DNA of 64,000 nucleotides from Hydrolagus affinis (Eukaryota), in contig JAAILG010000272.1 in assembly GCA_012026655.1 (NCBI GenBank), positions 1 through 64,000 on the forward strand. Direction: 5' to 3'. The notes below the pieces were generated by a model. The model did no database searches. It had not been told where the DNA came from and saw only the letters and a list, made by a program, of their open reading frames with translations. The position numbers and the translations under genes were made by a program. Positions 37,201-49,933 of the stretch are shown in pieces. The first letter of the stretch is position 1, and each line of letters opens with the position of its first letter.

Positions 37201-38905
37201 CTCCTGAACAGGCAAACAAGCCCTCAGTTTAATGCATCGTTCAAAGGACAGCAAGCCCAACAATGCGATGAACCCCAACATATTAAAGTGAGGCTCGGTT
37301 CACCTAATGCAGATGTTCAAGCCACAACCTTTTGACTCAGAGGTGACAGTACTACCAACCGAGCTACACAGATGCCCCCACATCCTTTGAACAGGATTAC
37401 GACTAAATTCCTTGAATGAAAGTAATCCATGCAAATATAAATGAAATTAATAAAGATTAATCATTAAAATGCGGTAGCTTAACAATTGCATTAACGGATA
37501 CCTCTGTATGAAATCAATTACGTTGCTTAATCCTTGCCAGTTTGCATTCCCAGTGGATTCCCAGCCTTCGGTTGGGAAATTGCATTGCAACATTTACCCT
37601 GCGTATGAAATATTGATGGCGATACATTCAATCTACTCCATCTCTCCAATTGCAATCTGAATCCGTGCAATTTATCAGCTCAGCGACCCAAGTCACTATC
37701 TCTGTGGTTGATACTAATGGAAGTTCTTCACCAAATAACAACAACAAACAACAACAAATTACATTTGTCTAGCGCCGGTCACACCAGGAAGAATCCCAAC
37801 AATAATAATAATCCTTGCATTTGATATAGCGCCTGATCACGTCAGTGAATTGACTGTATATTTGTGGGAGAAACAAATTCATGTGGATATGATCTAACAC
37901 CCACAAAATACAAGTGAATCCACGCTACAGTATATCCTGTGAAGCTCGATGATATGATAAGGCGCTGTATGAAACACAATGATTATTATTTGTAGTATCA
38001 TTATTGTAAGAGTCTCGCACAACAGCCACTGAAAAGGAAGGAGGGTGGTGGAGACATCCTGAATTCTCGTGTAAGCAACTCAGGGAAGGAAGCTCCCAGG
38101 CAGAGACCTACATTACCCTCTGTGTGGTTGACAAGTGAAAGTGCTTCTGATGTGAACAGTGTTTTCTCCAAGGAAGACCCTGTAACAACACACACAGTCA
38201 CAACACCTCGCCTTAGACCCAGCAAATTCCATTTTGCAAATTTCGCTTTTCCCTCTTTCTAAGCTTTTAATCCAACAAAATTCCTCTAGGGTACCCGTAC
38301 TGCCCTGGTCTTTCACAGGAATCCAAGACCGCCCCCATTTCTTCCCCACCACCCCCCCCCCCCACCCTCCAACTCACCCCTCTCTTCTCACTAAGTTCAG
38401 GCAGAGTGCTGGGCACAGTTGGAGAAGGCAAAAAGCGATTCATTGCGATGGAGCAAAGCAGCTTATTGATGCGAGCAGTGGAGCTCACGCCAAGCTAAAG
38501 TCAATCTCAACAATATACAGAATTAAGTCCATTATGGCAGCCGCTGACACTGGATGAGCAAGTCAAATAAATACTTCTGCTTCAAGCAAAGTAACATCTT
38601 ACCTTATTGACAGGCAGGCAAGCATTGGCTGGCGGGGGCGTATTCATGGAATCGCAGAAACAGGCTATTTTGGGGGCAAACGCATACAAAGGATTTCCTA
38701 GGTCTCTTATTAGAGCGTCTATCACCTGTTGTACTTGTCATTCAAGTAGCCTGGCAGACAACACAAATAATAATAATAATCCTAGTGTTGATTATGGTGT
38801 CTTTCACATCAATAGGACGTCTCAGGATTCAACGTAAAGCGTACCGATGGTATATTTTGGAGGCGAATGTCTGTAACTAGAGACAAGACGGTCGGACAGA
38901 CAGAG

Positions 38906-38945
<40 letters not shown>

Positions 38946-39154
38946 CCGGACTTCACTGAGATGACTGCAGTTTCTATCAATTAACAAATAACATCAGCTT
39001 GTTCTGTGCAAAGATGGTCTCCTTCCTTGTTGGCTATCGCCACGGTAACAATGAGGAGAAGAGAGGAACAGCCAGCCTCCAACTCTCACAAACTATAAAG
39101 TGGCCGACATGGATTTGTCATCAAGTAAATGGAAGCCTTTTAGACCGTTGTTTT

Positions 39155-39386
39155 ATTATTATAATAAGAATGATAACCATTCCATTTGATATGGAGCTTT
39201 TCACGTCTTCTAGACGTCTCAAAGCGCTTCACAGAATATACTGTAAAGTGAACGGACTCTATTTGTGGGAGAAACACGGCAGCCAATTGCGCACAGCAGC
39301 GTCCCCCACAAACAATCGCGGATTTAAAAATGACCAATTTGTTATTGTTTTCTTGAGGGATTATTGTCAGGTGTGTGGAGTAAGGA
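39155..39386 (-). mobile_element. Deu-domain SINE, 5'-truncated
   Basis: Reverse complement of tail and core. Confidence 0.88.
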
Positions 39387-39824
39387 CGGTTTATCTATTG
39401 ATAAGCTGTTTAGCACTTAATTCCCCAATATATTGTTTAAAGAAAAAAGGCTATTTTCTGTATCAGGGGATTACATTTGAAGCTTCATATTGAAACACTA
39501 GTTTTTTTTCTTACAAACGTAAGTTTGGTTTTCTTTCTTCCCCTGAGGGACTGAAGCACCTGAAAGAGAGAGATGGGTTTAGTATTTCAAGTCTAATCTT
39601 TCCAACAACGTTTAGCGCTGGTGAAATGTCATGGCTTAAACATTAATACATCTTCCTGATCCAGATGCTGATTGCCCTTTCGCCGGCACGCGCCGTTTCT
39701 GCTTTGAATCCATTACAAACCGTGACAAAAGAAATTCATTTGCTCGGTTTGTCATTCGACCCACTTGGAAGATATTGCTGCCTCGCAATCGCTTCCGCAT
39801 CTGTGTAACTGAAGAACCAAAAGA

Positions 39825-40153
39825 TGATAATAAGAATAATCCTTGCATTTGATGTAGCGCTTTTCACATCTTAATGATGTCTCAAAACGCGTCACAGAAT
39901 ACACTGTAAAGTGAATTGATTGTATATTTGTGGGCGAAACGCAGCAGCCAATTGCGCACAGCAGTGTCCCCCACAAACAGTCATGGATTGAAATGACCTA
40001 TTTTATTATTGTGTTTTTTTGTGGAGGGATTATTAGTGGGTATGTGGAGTAAGGAAACTTGCCCAAGGTTTCGCCCTGACCTGCCTGGATTTGAAACACA
40101 GATCTCACACTTGTAAGGCGACTGCTCTAACCACTGAGCTACAGGAGCTCCAC
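39825..40153 (-). mobile_element. Deu-domain SINE, full length
   Basis: Complete reverse complement ending ctctaaccactgagctacaggagctccac. Confidence 0.93.
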
Positions 40154-41499
40154 ACATATTCTTGATTTGACTTTAATGAAAGTCCCGAAATCTAAAAACT
40201 GTACGGTTTTATGCGAAAGCAGCAATTCCTGCTATAATCATTTGCACCAAAGCCTAAATGAATACAAAATAGGTTACTTATTTCACTAAATAGAAGCAGC
40301 AAAAACACCCACCTTTATTAGTCTAATTCAATCATTTTGTTGATTTGTAAATCTTGCCTCTCTGTTCAACTGTGGTTCGAAGGGATCTGAAGCAATCATG
40401 TCTGTTATTTCTCGTTGACTTATTCAAAGTCTACTTCAAGGTAAATTGCCAAAACACTGCTTTCAGTGTAGACATGTGCTAGGTTCTGGCTGAAACACAA
40501 CCAAACGGCAGAGTACTCCCTATTTTGTGCTTGAAAGAAAGGTGAAAGATGTACTTCGACAATAAGCAAGTCCTTATCTGATCCTTACAAGTTAAATAGT
40601 ATCTTTCTGATTATCTCTCGGGCTACACAATGAATGGAAAATTTCTAAATTGGGAAAGGCAGTCAACATTACTCTTAAAATGTTGAGTGAGTACAGATCG
40701 CATAATAATAAAATACAAATCACACTTGCATTTGATGTTGCGCCTTATCACGTCTCCGAGACGTCTCAAAGCACTTAGCAGAACATACAGTAAAGTGAAC
40801 CGACTGTATAATTTGCGGTCAAAACGCGGCAGCCAATCGCGCACAGTGACATATCGTGATGTTCCCAATTCATGGTCTTCAAATTGCTTGAATTTCTCTC
40901 TGGCAACGAGCAAAGTTTCACCAGTTAAAGGGCGGGGGGAAATAGATAAACGCCACTTAATCTTCCATTCAAACCACAGACACCAACCATTGTGCAAGGC
41001 AGGAACAGAATGTGTTGCTTTGGTGTGAACTGGCATTACGTTGGGAAAGATGCTTTCAATTCAATTGGTAACAGTGGAGGTGACTGATTCGGGACTCCGA
41101 AACGAGTGAGAAAAGGTTTGCCACCCATAAGTGGTGTTTTTCACGCGTAAACGTTCAATCTGGACAGCGCTCCAACCCGCAGCCATTTTTAACCCCACAA
41201 GACTGGGTGGTTTTTGCGACTGGCAAACGGACACCATACAATATAATCGCGCAAGAGCGAAAAAAGACAGAATTTTTAGGATGGCTGAAGCCATAGCCAG
41301 ACAGAGCATGACTTTGTCCTTCATTCTGTAACTGTTTATTATTGTGATGATGTGTGGATGACGCAGCACACGATGACCAAAAGCACTGGCTCAGAGTGCA
41401 GTCTTGCTCTTCGGAATCAGCCAATTTGGAGTCTAATTTCAGGTTATTCAAACTCATCTCCTTAAATCTTTAATACATGCCCCCTCCGCCCCTCTCCCC

Positions 41500-41730
41500 A
41501 CACTGTCAGGTGAATTGACTGTGTATTTGTGGGCGAAACGTGGCAGCCAATCGCGCACAGCAGTGTCGCACAAACAGTCGTGGATTGAAATGACCAATTC
41601 ATTATAGGTTTTTTTGGGGACGGATTATTATTAGGCATGTGGACTAAGGAAACTTGCCCAAGACCTGTCTGAATTCGAAACACAGGTCTCACGCTTGTAA
41701 GGCGAGTGCTCTAACCACTGAGCTACAGGA
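41500..41730 (-). mobile_element. Deu-domain SINE, 3'-truncated
   Basis: Core and head on the minus strand. Confidence 0.88.
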
Positions 41731-42184
41731 ATAAGGATTATTATTATTATTATTATGACAATGGTGCTTTGTTTTTACCCAAGGCAACAGGTTAGTCGAA
41801 ATACTTCTCACAGCAAAGATTGAATTCAATTTGTTTGGCTTACTGCTGTACTCACCTTTGTTCCTGCCACTTCAGTTTGATGGCAGATTTGCTGGAGCGC
41901 GAAACAACAGCAAAAGCACCAAAAAGTGTGATTTGTTTTTCACACAAGTTTCACAAACTCATTGGTAAGAATGTGCAATCAATAAAAAAAGTGTCGCCTT
42001 GTCTTGCGCTGGCTTTAACCCCGCAGCGTAACTGAAACTGAGCAACTGAAAATCAGCAAACAGGGAAGACCGAATTTATACCGCACTTTCCAATCCATGC
42101 CAAGTTGCCGCAAATCGGATTGAAACAAATCTCGGAATGAGCGCAGAAGACTGTAGTGGGGGGGGGATTTGTTTTGTTTCATTA

Positions 42185-42520
42185 TAATAATGATAATAAT
42201 CCTTCATTTGATATCGCACTTTTCACATCTTATCGACATCTCAATGCGCTTCACAGAATACACTGTAAAGTGAATTGACTGTATATTTGTGGGTGAAATG
42301 CGACAGTCAAATTGCACACAGCAGGGTCCCACAAACAGTCGTGGATTGAAATGACCAATTTTATTATTCTGCTTTTTTTTTTTGGGGTGGGACCGATTAT
42401 TATGAGGCGTGTGTGTGGAGAAAGGAAACTTGCCCAAGGTTTCGCCCTGACCTGCCTGGATTCGAATGCAGGTCTTGCGCTTGTAAGGCGAGCGCTCTAA
42501 CCACTGAGCTACAGGAGCTC
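42185..42520 (-). mobile_element. Deu-domain SINE, full length
   Basis: Tail, core and head on the minus strand. Confidence 0.93.
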
Positions 42521-43971
42521 TTACAACTCAAGAGCTGGTCTCGTGATCGGTTTCCGAATCACCTTAAAGGATCTGATGCTATCAATGGAGCGCGAGGCTA
42601 ACGGCGAGTGAAATGTAATCGACGTGTCTTGTAGCATGTTGGTGTTAATTCCTGAAAGTGCTCCATCCAAGCAGGTGCAAGCCTCCAGTGCATACATGCT
42701 GCCTAAACCCTCACTGAAATCACTCCCCTTGACAGCTCACACTGAGACAGCGCTCTGAGATATTACCCTACGCAAAGGGCCCAGTATAAATGTAAGTTAT
42801 TGTTGATGCGACAATTTGGTTGCAGTTCCAAAAATGATTTGGTCACTCAATCTACCGCTCTTGGAGTTTGGTAAATTCTTGCAAGCAGAATAAAGGGAGT
42901 TTGCATGTTTCCATTTTCTGTCCTCAGCGAGTAAAACCAGGCAGTTATCATACTTCTTTTTTGCATGTACAAACCATATAGATATGCAGGCTGCACATTT
43001 AGCATTTGTCGCAAGCCTAGATTTATATCTTACTTTAAGACGATAAAATGAAAAATGCAAGCACACCAAGTCCTGGGCAGAAAGAGTGATGAATCTTAGA
43101 CCATTATGCACTATTCTGGCCTACACGGAACTAGCAAATAAGATGTGATTATTAAGAGGCTGAGATCAATTCAGAGTACAGAATTGTCAGAAGCCGCACT
43201 GACATTTGAAAGTGTTATTATTTCAGTAGACTTGAGGTCTGACCTCTGCTAGTTCATTTAAGCGAGGCAATAGATCACACCTTTACATCAGTCAGCATAT
43301 GCAGGTTGGCCTTTGAAATAAATGAAAGTGACTAAATGTGGTGAGCGCATCCAGTTGCACTCACTCTGTCCCATGATAATGGAGATTTTTGAAAATCGCT
43401 AGTTACCTATTCGACAGCCTTGGGAGAACAACAACAACAACTTCGATTTATATAGCGCCCTCCACGCCGGACGGTGTCTCAGAGCGCTTAAAGTACAGTA
43501 TCTTCTGACAACGTGTGTGTGTGTGTCTGTGTGTTGGAGCTTGTCTTATGTCAGACTTGTAGTCAGCTCCAACAAAAAAACATTTGAATGAAAGAATCTG
43601 AGATGAAAGTAAAAGAAAGTAGAAAGAAATGCACAAAATACAGTTACTACACTCCAGAGCAACGCTCTTTTGGGACATCCTGCTAAAATGAAAGGAGTTA
43701 TATCAAATAAAAGGATGATTATTATTATTATCTGCCGAGGCTACTACTGCGGCCTTAATAATTACTGGAATGAAAAGTAATAAAAACTATATATGGGAGA
43801 TACAAAAGAAAATATCTTAGACTGTATTTTTTTCCCCCAGTTTTCTCTGTTATATTCTTCTTGTGATGTATTGGTAGATAACATGTTAGTAGCCCCCATA
43901 TTTTACCCAAGTCTTTCAGGTGACAGTACAATACATTTCACTCAGCAAACCCTCGTATAATATATTGCTGT

Positions 43972-44071
43972 NNNNNNNNNNNNNNNNNNNNNNNNNNNNN
44001 NNNNNNNNNNNNNNNNNNNNNNNNNNNNNNNNNNNNNNNNNNNNNNNNNNNNNNNNNNNNNNNNNNNNNNN
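43972..44071. other. Assembly gap (100 N)
   Basis: Run of exactly 100 n, a placeholder-size gap, so the true intron length is uncertain. Confidence 0.99.
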
Positions 44072-44477
44072 TTATCCAGTCTTTGAGAATATACTGTAAA
44101 TCGAGTGTAAATCGACTGTATGTTTTGTGGGCGAAACGCACCTTTGGACTGATGGCTGCATTAACTATCTGCGCTTGAGAATTGCGCACCCTGCCCTGCC
44201 TTTTGTGCCTTTTTAAGAAGATAAATCACATTCCGTGTACCGTCTCAGAATTTAATGCACAGTGTATGGCACGGTATGTAAAACAGCCCCCAATGTGCAC
44301 CCAGCTCCTTCATTGCTGTTGACTTTAGTACCCTTATGAACTATTTCCACTGTCCTCAGAATTCCCACAATAAACCACATAAAGTGGATGTATTGCAAGG
44401 AATAAAATTTGTCTGACTGTGTGTGTGTGTGCGTGTGTGTGTGTGTGTGTGTGTGCTTGTACTTCATTCAAATGACA

Positions 44478-44602
44478 CAATTGGCTGCCGTGTTTCGCCC
44501 ACAAATATACAGTCAATTTCCTTTACAGTGTATTCTGTAAAACGCTTTGAGACATTTAGAAGACGTGAAAAGCGCTATATCAAATGCAAGGATTTATTAT
44601 TA
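44478..44602 (+). mobile_element. Deu-domain SINE, 3' fragment
   Basis: caattggctgccgtgtttcgcccacaaatatacag...tail. Confidence 0.85.
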
Positions 44603-44749
44603 CTAGTTCATCAGAGCATCTCCTTCAAAATCCTGTCTGGAGCTCACTATCAGATATTCCACAGTTTAAATATTCTGCTCTAAAACTCAAACACAAATCA
44701 TTAAATGGGTCTAAAATTAGGTTGTATTAATAATAATAATAATTGAAAT

Positions 44750-45090
44750 TGTTGCATTTGATGTAACCTCACCTTTTTGCGATATATCAAAGTGCTTGAT
44801 GGAGTTTTACTGTAATATGTTGTGACAATGTATTTGACTGCAGCAGCCAATTTGCGCACAGTTGTCAAGTAAGTTACTCTAACTCTTTTTTTAAATGGAG
44901 GACATGGAGAACTTCCCATCCCTTTTCAAATAGTGCCGCGGGACCTTTAACATCCACCTGAACAGGCAGACACAAACGCCATTTAACGTCTATTCTGGGA
45001 GACAGCATCTGATAAACAATCAAGTGCACACCAGGGCATGTATTTATATATGTGGTTAAGTCTCTGGATAACTAGTCACTGAGCCCGTTT
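44750..45090 (-). mobile_element. Old DeuSINE relic
   Basis: gcagccaatttgcgcacag ... aatagtgccgcgggacctttaacatccacctgaacaggcagac...tttaacgtct is the reverse complement of the long Deu domain. Confidence 0.65.
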
Positions 45091-45533
45091 CCCCTGGGGT
45101 GACCAGGTATCAGGAGTTTACTGTATAGAATACAACAACAACAACAACAATAACAAAATTACATTTGTGCAGTGCCTTCTATGTTGGGAGGATGCCCCAA
45201 GACATATTAATAATAATAATAATCCTTGCATTTGATATAGCGCTTTTCTACATGTTCTCAAAGTGCTTCACACAATGTACTGACTGGATATTTGTGGGCG
45301 AAACGCAGCAGCAAATTGCTACTACCAGAATCTGTAAGTGGGGGGGAAAAAAACACTATTGCAAATCCTTCAAATTTATGTTGAGGGTGTATTTACACAT
45401 AAACCTTAATATTTATCAGCCATATTCAATTACTGAGCAAATGAGTTGCTGTGTGAGAACGAGCCATTCTAATGCAGCGTAAATGGATGAAGGAACATCA
45501 TAGGAAGATAGTGGGGGTATTTATCAATGGGAG

Positions 45534-45570
<37 letters not shown>

Positions 45571-45639
45571 AGATTAGTAACTCAAGGTTCTGAAGAGGAA
45601 TTTGCTTTAAATGGCTACTAACTAGTAATTTAATGATTG

Positions 45640-45865
45640 CCTTCAGCCACTCTGTCTCCACCCTTTGGAACTCTATCCCCCATCCCTCTGCCTCGCCCCA
45701 TCCCTTGCCTCCTTCAAGACCCACCTCAATGCTCTCCTCTTTGACCGTGCTTTTGATCAACCTCCCGATCCCTACTCCCAGCTGAGATCTAAAATACTGT
45801 CTGTCCAGCCCCTTGGGACATCCTCCTGGTGTGAAAGATGCTGTACAAATGTAATTTTGTTGTGG
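45640..45865 (+). mobile_element. L2 LINE 3' fragment
   Basis: gccttcagccactctg...ccttcaagacccacctcaa...ctgtacaaatgtaattttgttg. Confidence 0.88.
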
Positions 45866-46616
45866 TTGATTATACAAATGGTGCAAACGTATACTGGGCA
45901 CACACCACCTGCGAAGATACAAAAGGAGATTTACTGATGAATTAAAACAAAACACATCTGCATTTTTTTTTCCTCCCTCGATACCGCATTCACCTCTTCA
46001 CTGGTAGAAATTCTGTTCAACGTCCTTCGTTGCCTTTTCAGTCCAATTTTCTGCCAACTTCTGTGCTGGGAGCAAACGTGGGGCCCTCAACTCCAAATGT
46101 AATCACTCCCACTTGGAACCAACTAAAGCCGTTTCCATTCAAATTTTGGCTTTGCACATGCTCCGGCTAATGCGGCCCGTATTCATTTACTGAGCTTTTA
46201 TTCTCCATGAAACATTAGGAGCCGTTCTGTTTTATCATCACCAGCATTGCTGTGGAAAATCACTTAATTAACGCGTTTCATCCCTGGGGCAGTTTTTCCT
46301 CGCAGGGAAGAAATGTATGATTCTCGGTTAAAATCTAAATGCAACCGAAAGATAATTTGGATAATGAGTTAAACGACACGCACAAGTTCCGAATCTAATT
46401 TTTGAGCATTCCTAAATACAGCCAGAGGCAAGTGTAAAAATCTCCATGTCTGTGGTTCCTCTCATTATCTAGGTTACGCAGCCCATCTTCTTCGGTCTAT
46501 CAATCACCATCTCGCTTTAACTCCCCAAAGAAATAATGCTTGTTTATTAAAATTGAACTAATCACGCATTTGCATTGTGGACGCAGCATTTGCAGCCAAA
46601 GGCAAGGTTATATGTC

Positions 46617-46924
46617 CAGTAGCTCAGTGATTAGAGAGATCCGAGTTCGATTCCTTACTCCACACGACTCTGTTTACCTCGCAGTAACTAGGAATCGGGT
46701 TGTTAGTCGATTGGCAGATCACTTTCCCTCAAAACAAATGAAAACAAATTAGTCGCTTCAATGCACGACTGTGTGTGTGACACTGCTATGCACAATTGGC
46801 TGCCGCGTTTTGCTCATAATATAAAATATACAGTCAATTCACTCTACGGTATATTCTGTGAAGCGGTTTGAGACTTCTTGAAGACGTGAGAAGGCACTAT
46901 ATCAAATGCAAGGATTATTTATTA
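46617..46924 (+). mobile_element. Deu-domain SINE, long subfamily
   Basis: Contains ctctgtttacctcgcagtaactaggaatcgggttgttagtcgattggcagatcactttcc, homologous to the insert in 3712-4066. Confidence 0.8.
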
Positions 46925-48299
46925 CATACACAACAAAATACCCCCAATATATGAGGAGCAAACGGTAATACTGAATGGCAAAAGGAAAGGGCAAGGGGAA
47001 TGGGGTTAGAGCAGATCACTCCAGAGGGGGTGACAGCATAGACGTGATGGGTCAAATGGCCATCTTCTGAACTGCAAACATTCAATGGTAGGAAAGGAGC
47101 CAGTGAACTGATGCACAGGCAGTGTCAATAAACATATAATACTGATTAGATTTACTTCAAAAGAATGTTCGTAGGCTGGATAGTGAGTGATAGTTTTATC
47201 GGGTGGGAAGCTTATCACACTGTCTGATGTGCTGCAATAATCCATGTGAGAAGTTTGAAGGCATCATCACAGAGGGTACAGTTTAGAAACCAACACTTCT
47301 CAGTGATCACTTCAAGGACCAGTGATAACCTCGTGGGCGCTCCATAGCGAGAGAGATCTCTTTGGATTGAATAACCTGTGAGACTCATTTAATATCGGTC
47401 CATCACATTTCAAGAAGAAACCAAATCAGTCCAGGTCCGAAAGGCTTTGGCTTTGACCGATATCACAATCACAGCACCTTCACCTAGAAGCCTTGCGGAT
47501 TTCGGCACTTCGGATCTAAACGCTGTATGTTTCTGACCCAAGGGAAGCGGTTTGATGCATTCAGTCAGCGTGATATAATCACAATAAATAACATATGAGC
47601 TTCTCGATCCGCTATAGACAAATGTAATTTTGCTGTTGCTGTTGTTTGTTGCTGTAGATCCAACGAAGTGAAATGCAGTCAATCTCCAATAAGTCAGTCT
47701 GTTAGACCAAATATCTCACAAAATCAATCAAACTCTGATGGATTATTTCTCCATGTAGTTAACGTAGCACAGGATTTACAACTAATGTTTTGGCTGAAGC
47801 TCTCATGATTCAAACAGCACATCAGCAATTCCTTACCATTGCCCGAGGCAATGAGCAGTCTGACTCGAGGTTTCAGTAGTTTTTGGCTCCAGGCATGAAA
47901 TGCCTCCAAATCAGATAATAAAATATTGTTTAGTTGTTTCTCACAAGTTACTGATACAGAAAAATAACGTTTGGAGTGTGGGGGCCGGATTGGGGGGGTA
48001 AAGTTTTCATGAGGAGAAAACGCTCAGAAGAAAGAAACATACATAGACACTTAGACAGAGGTAACATAAAACCATATGCTGTACATATTGATTCCAACAA
48101 CAACAACAACAACAACAAATTATATTTATAATACAGTAGCAACACTCAAAACCACCAGAATATAGAGTGGATTTTCAAAGTAGGGTTCAGTCAGAAAGAC
48201 ACCAAAATGAACATTATGCTTTGTGTTTTTTTTTCCCTCGTGGAAGACTGAAATATGATGAAATACATGATTGTGCCAATACTTAACCAATTTACATAA

Positions 48300-48616
48300 A
48301 ATAATGATCATAATGATAATCCTCACATTTGATGCAGCGCTTTTCATGTCTTCTAGACGTGTCGATGACCTTCATAGAATATACTGTAAAGTTAATTGAC
48401 TGTTTATTTGTGGGCGAAACGCGGCAGCCAATTGCGCACAACAGTGTCCCGCCAACAGCCATGGGTTGAAATTACCAGTTTTATTTTTTTTCTAGGGATA
48501 TTATCAGGCGTGTGGAGCAAGGAAACTTGTCCAAGGTTTCACCGTGACCGGGAATCAAACCCAGGTCTCTCGCTTGTAAGGCTGGTGCTCTAACCACTGA
48601 GCTACAGGATTCTACA
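48300..48616 (-). mobile_element. Deu-domain SINE, full length
   Basis: Tail, core and head on the minus strand. Confidence 0.92.
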
Positions 48617-48812
48617 CGTACTTTAAAAAAGTCTAATCATTTTATTGTATCTCAGCCAGCTGCTCCCCCGTTCCCTCCAGAGATTGCAATGTGTATTTAC
48701 ACTGAGATGCATTGAACATGGGGTAGGATAATAATATACTGACCTCAAATCAGTAAAAGAATACTCGATAACAATACACTTTCTTCCCTGTCTTGGGAAA
48801 AGAAACCAAGCG

Positions 48813-48930
48813 CAATAATAATCCTTGCATTTGATATTGCACCTTAATCACATTGTCTGAAAGAGCTTCACGGAATACAGTGTAAAGTGAATTGACTGTA
48901 TATTTGGGGGGTGAAATACGCACAGCCAAC
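48813..48930 (-). mobile_element. Deu-domain SINE 3' fragment just upstream of GPR139 exon 2
   Basis: aataataatccttgcatttgatat...gtaaagtgaattgactgtatatttg; supplies the false GTG start of ORF 48911. Confidence 0.85.
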
Positions 48931-48998
48931 AGTGGATGGAAGCTCGTCCTGTAATACTGTAACGTACCTGTCTAAATTGACTCTTTCTTCCTCCGCAG

Positions 48999-49933
48999 CC
49001 AATATCCTCACGGTAATCATCTTGTCCCGGCTAGTGGCTCGCAGACAGAAGTCGTCCTACAATTACCTGCTGGCGCTGGCCGCGGCGGACATCCTAGTCC
49101 TATTCTTCATCGTGTTCCTCGACTTTGTGCTGGAGGACTTCATTCTGAGCCAGCAGCTGCCCGAGATACTGGACAAAATCATCGGCATCCTGGAGTTCTC
49201 GTCCAACCACACGTCGATTTGGATAACCGTTCCGCTGACCATCGACCGTTACATCGCGGTGTGCCACCCGCTCAAGTACCACACCGTCTCCTACCCGGCC
49301 CGTACTCGCAAGGTCATAGTGAGCGTGTACGTCACCTGTTTCCTGACAAGCATACCCTACTACTGGTGGCCGAACATCTGGAGCGAAAACTACACCAGCA
49401 CGTCCATGCACCAGGTCCTCATCTGGGTCCACTGTTTCACCGTGTACCTGGTGCCCTGCTCGATTTTCTTCGTGCTGAACTCCATCATCATCCACAAGCT
49501 CAAGAGGAAAAGCAACTTCCGCATGCGGGGCTATTCCACGGGCAAGACCACGGCCATTTTACTGACCATCACCACCATATTCGCCATCCTCTGGGCGCCC
49601 AGAATGGTGATGATCCTGTACCACCTCTACGTCTCGCCGATACACAACAGCTGGCTGGTGCACATAGTGTCAGACATCGCCAACATGCTGGCTCTCCTGA
49701 ACACGGCCATCAACTTCTTCCTCTACTGCTTCATCAGCAAACGTTTCCGGACCATGGCGGCCGGCACGCTCAAAGCCTTCCTCAAGTGCCAGAAGCAGCC
49801 GGTGCATTTCTACACCAATCACAACTTCTCGATCACGAGCAGCCCCTGGATCTCTCCGGCCAACTCGCACTGTATCAAAATGCTGGTGTACCAGTACGAC
49901 AAGGACGGCAAGCCGCTGAAGATATCACCATGA
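48999..49933 (+). CDS. GPR139: GPR139 coding exon 2 (rest of the 7TM domain and C-tail)
   Basis: Acceptor ctctttcttcctccgcAG|CC. G+CC gives Ala and restores ...[14 protein letters not shown]. Contains DRY ([14 protein letters not shown]), NFFLYCF in TM7 and the GPR139-type C-tail [33 protein letters not shown] (here HFYTNH...). Stop TGA at 49931-49933. Spliced CDS is 1065 nt = 354 aa. Confidence 0.97.

Larger units (their letters stand above)
33721..48998 (+). other. GPR139: GPR139 intron (15.3 kb, GT-AG, phase 1)
   Basis: GTGAGT donor at 33721; polypyrimidine tract and CAG acceptor ending 48998; the join is in frame. Confidence 0.93.

Noticed and set aside
41150-41175. REST/RE1 site (GGACAGCGC)
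   Set aside because: Only the right half-site matches; the left TTCAGCACC half is absent.
43938-44189. ORF spanning the N run
   Set aside because: Artefact of translating across an assembly gap.
48911-48998. N-terminal 29 aa of the 340-aa ORF ([10 protein letters not shown]...)
   Set aside because: Intronic: it starts at a GTG inside a SINE fragment and runs through the polypyrimidine tract. The true N-terminus is exon 1 at 33591.
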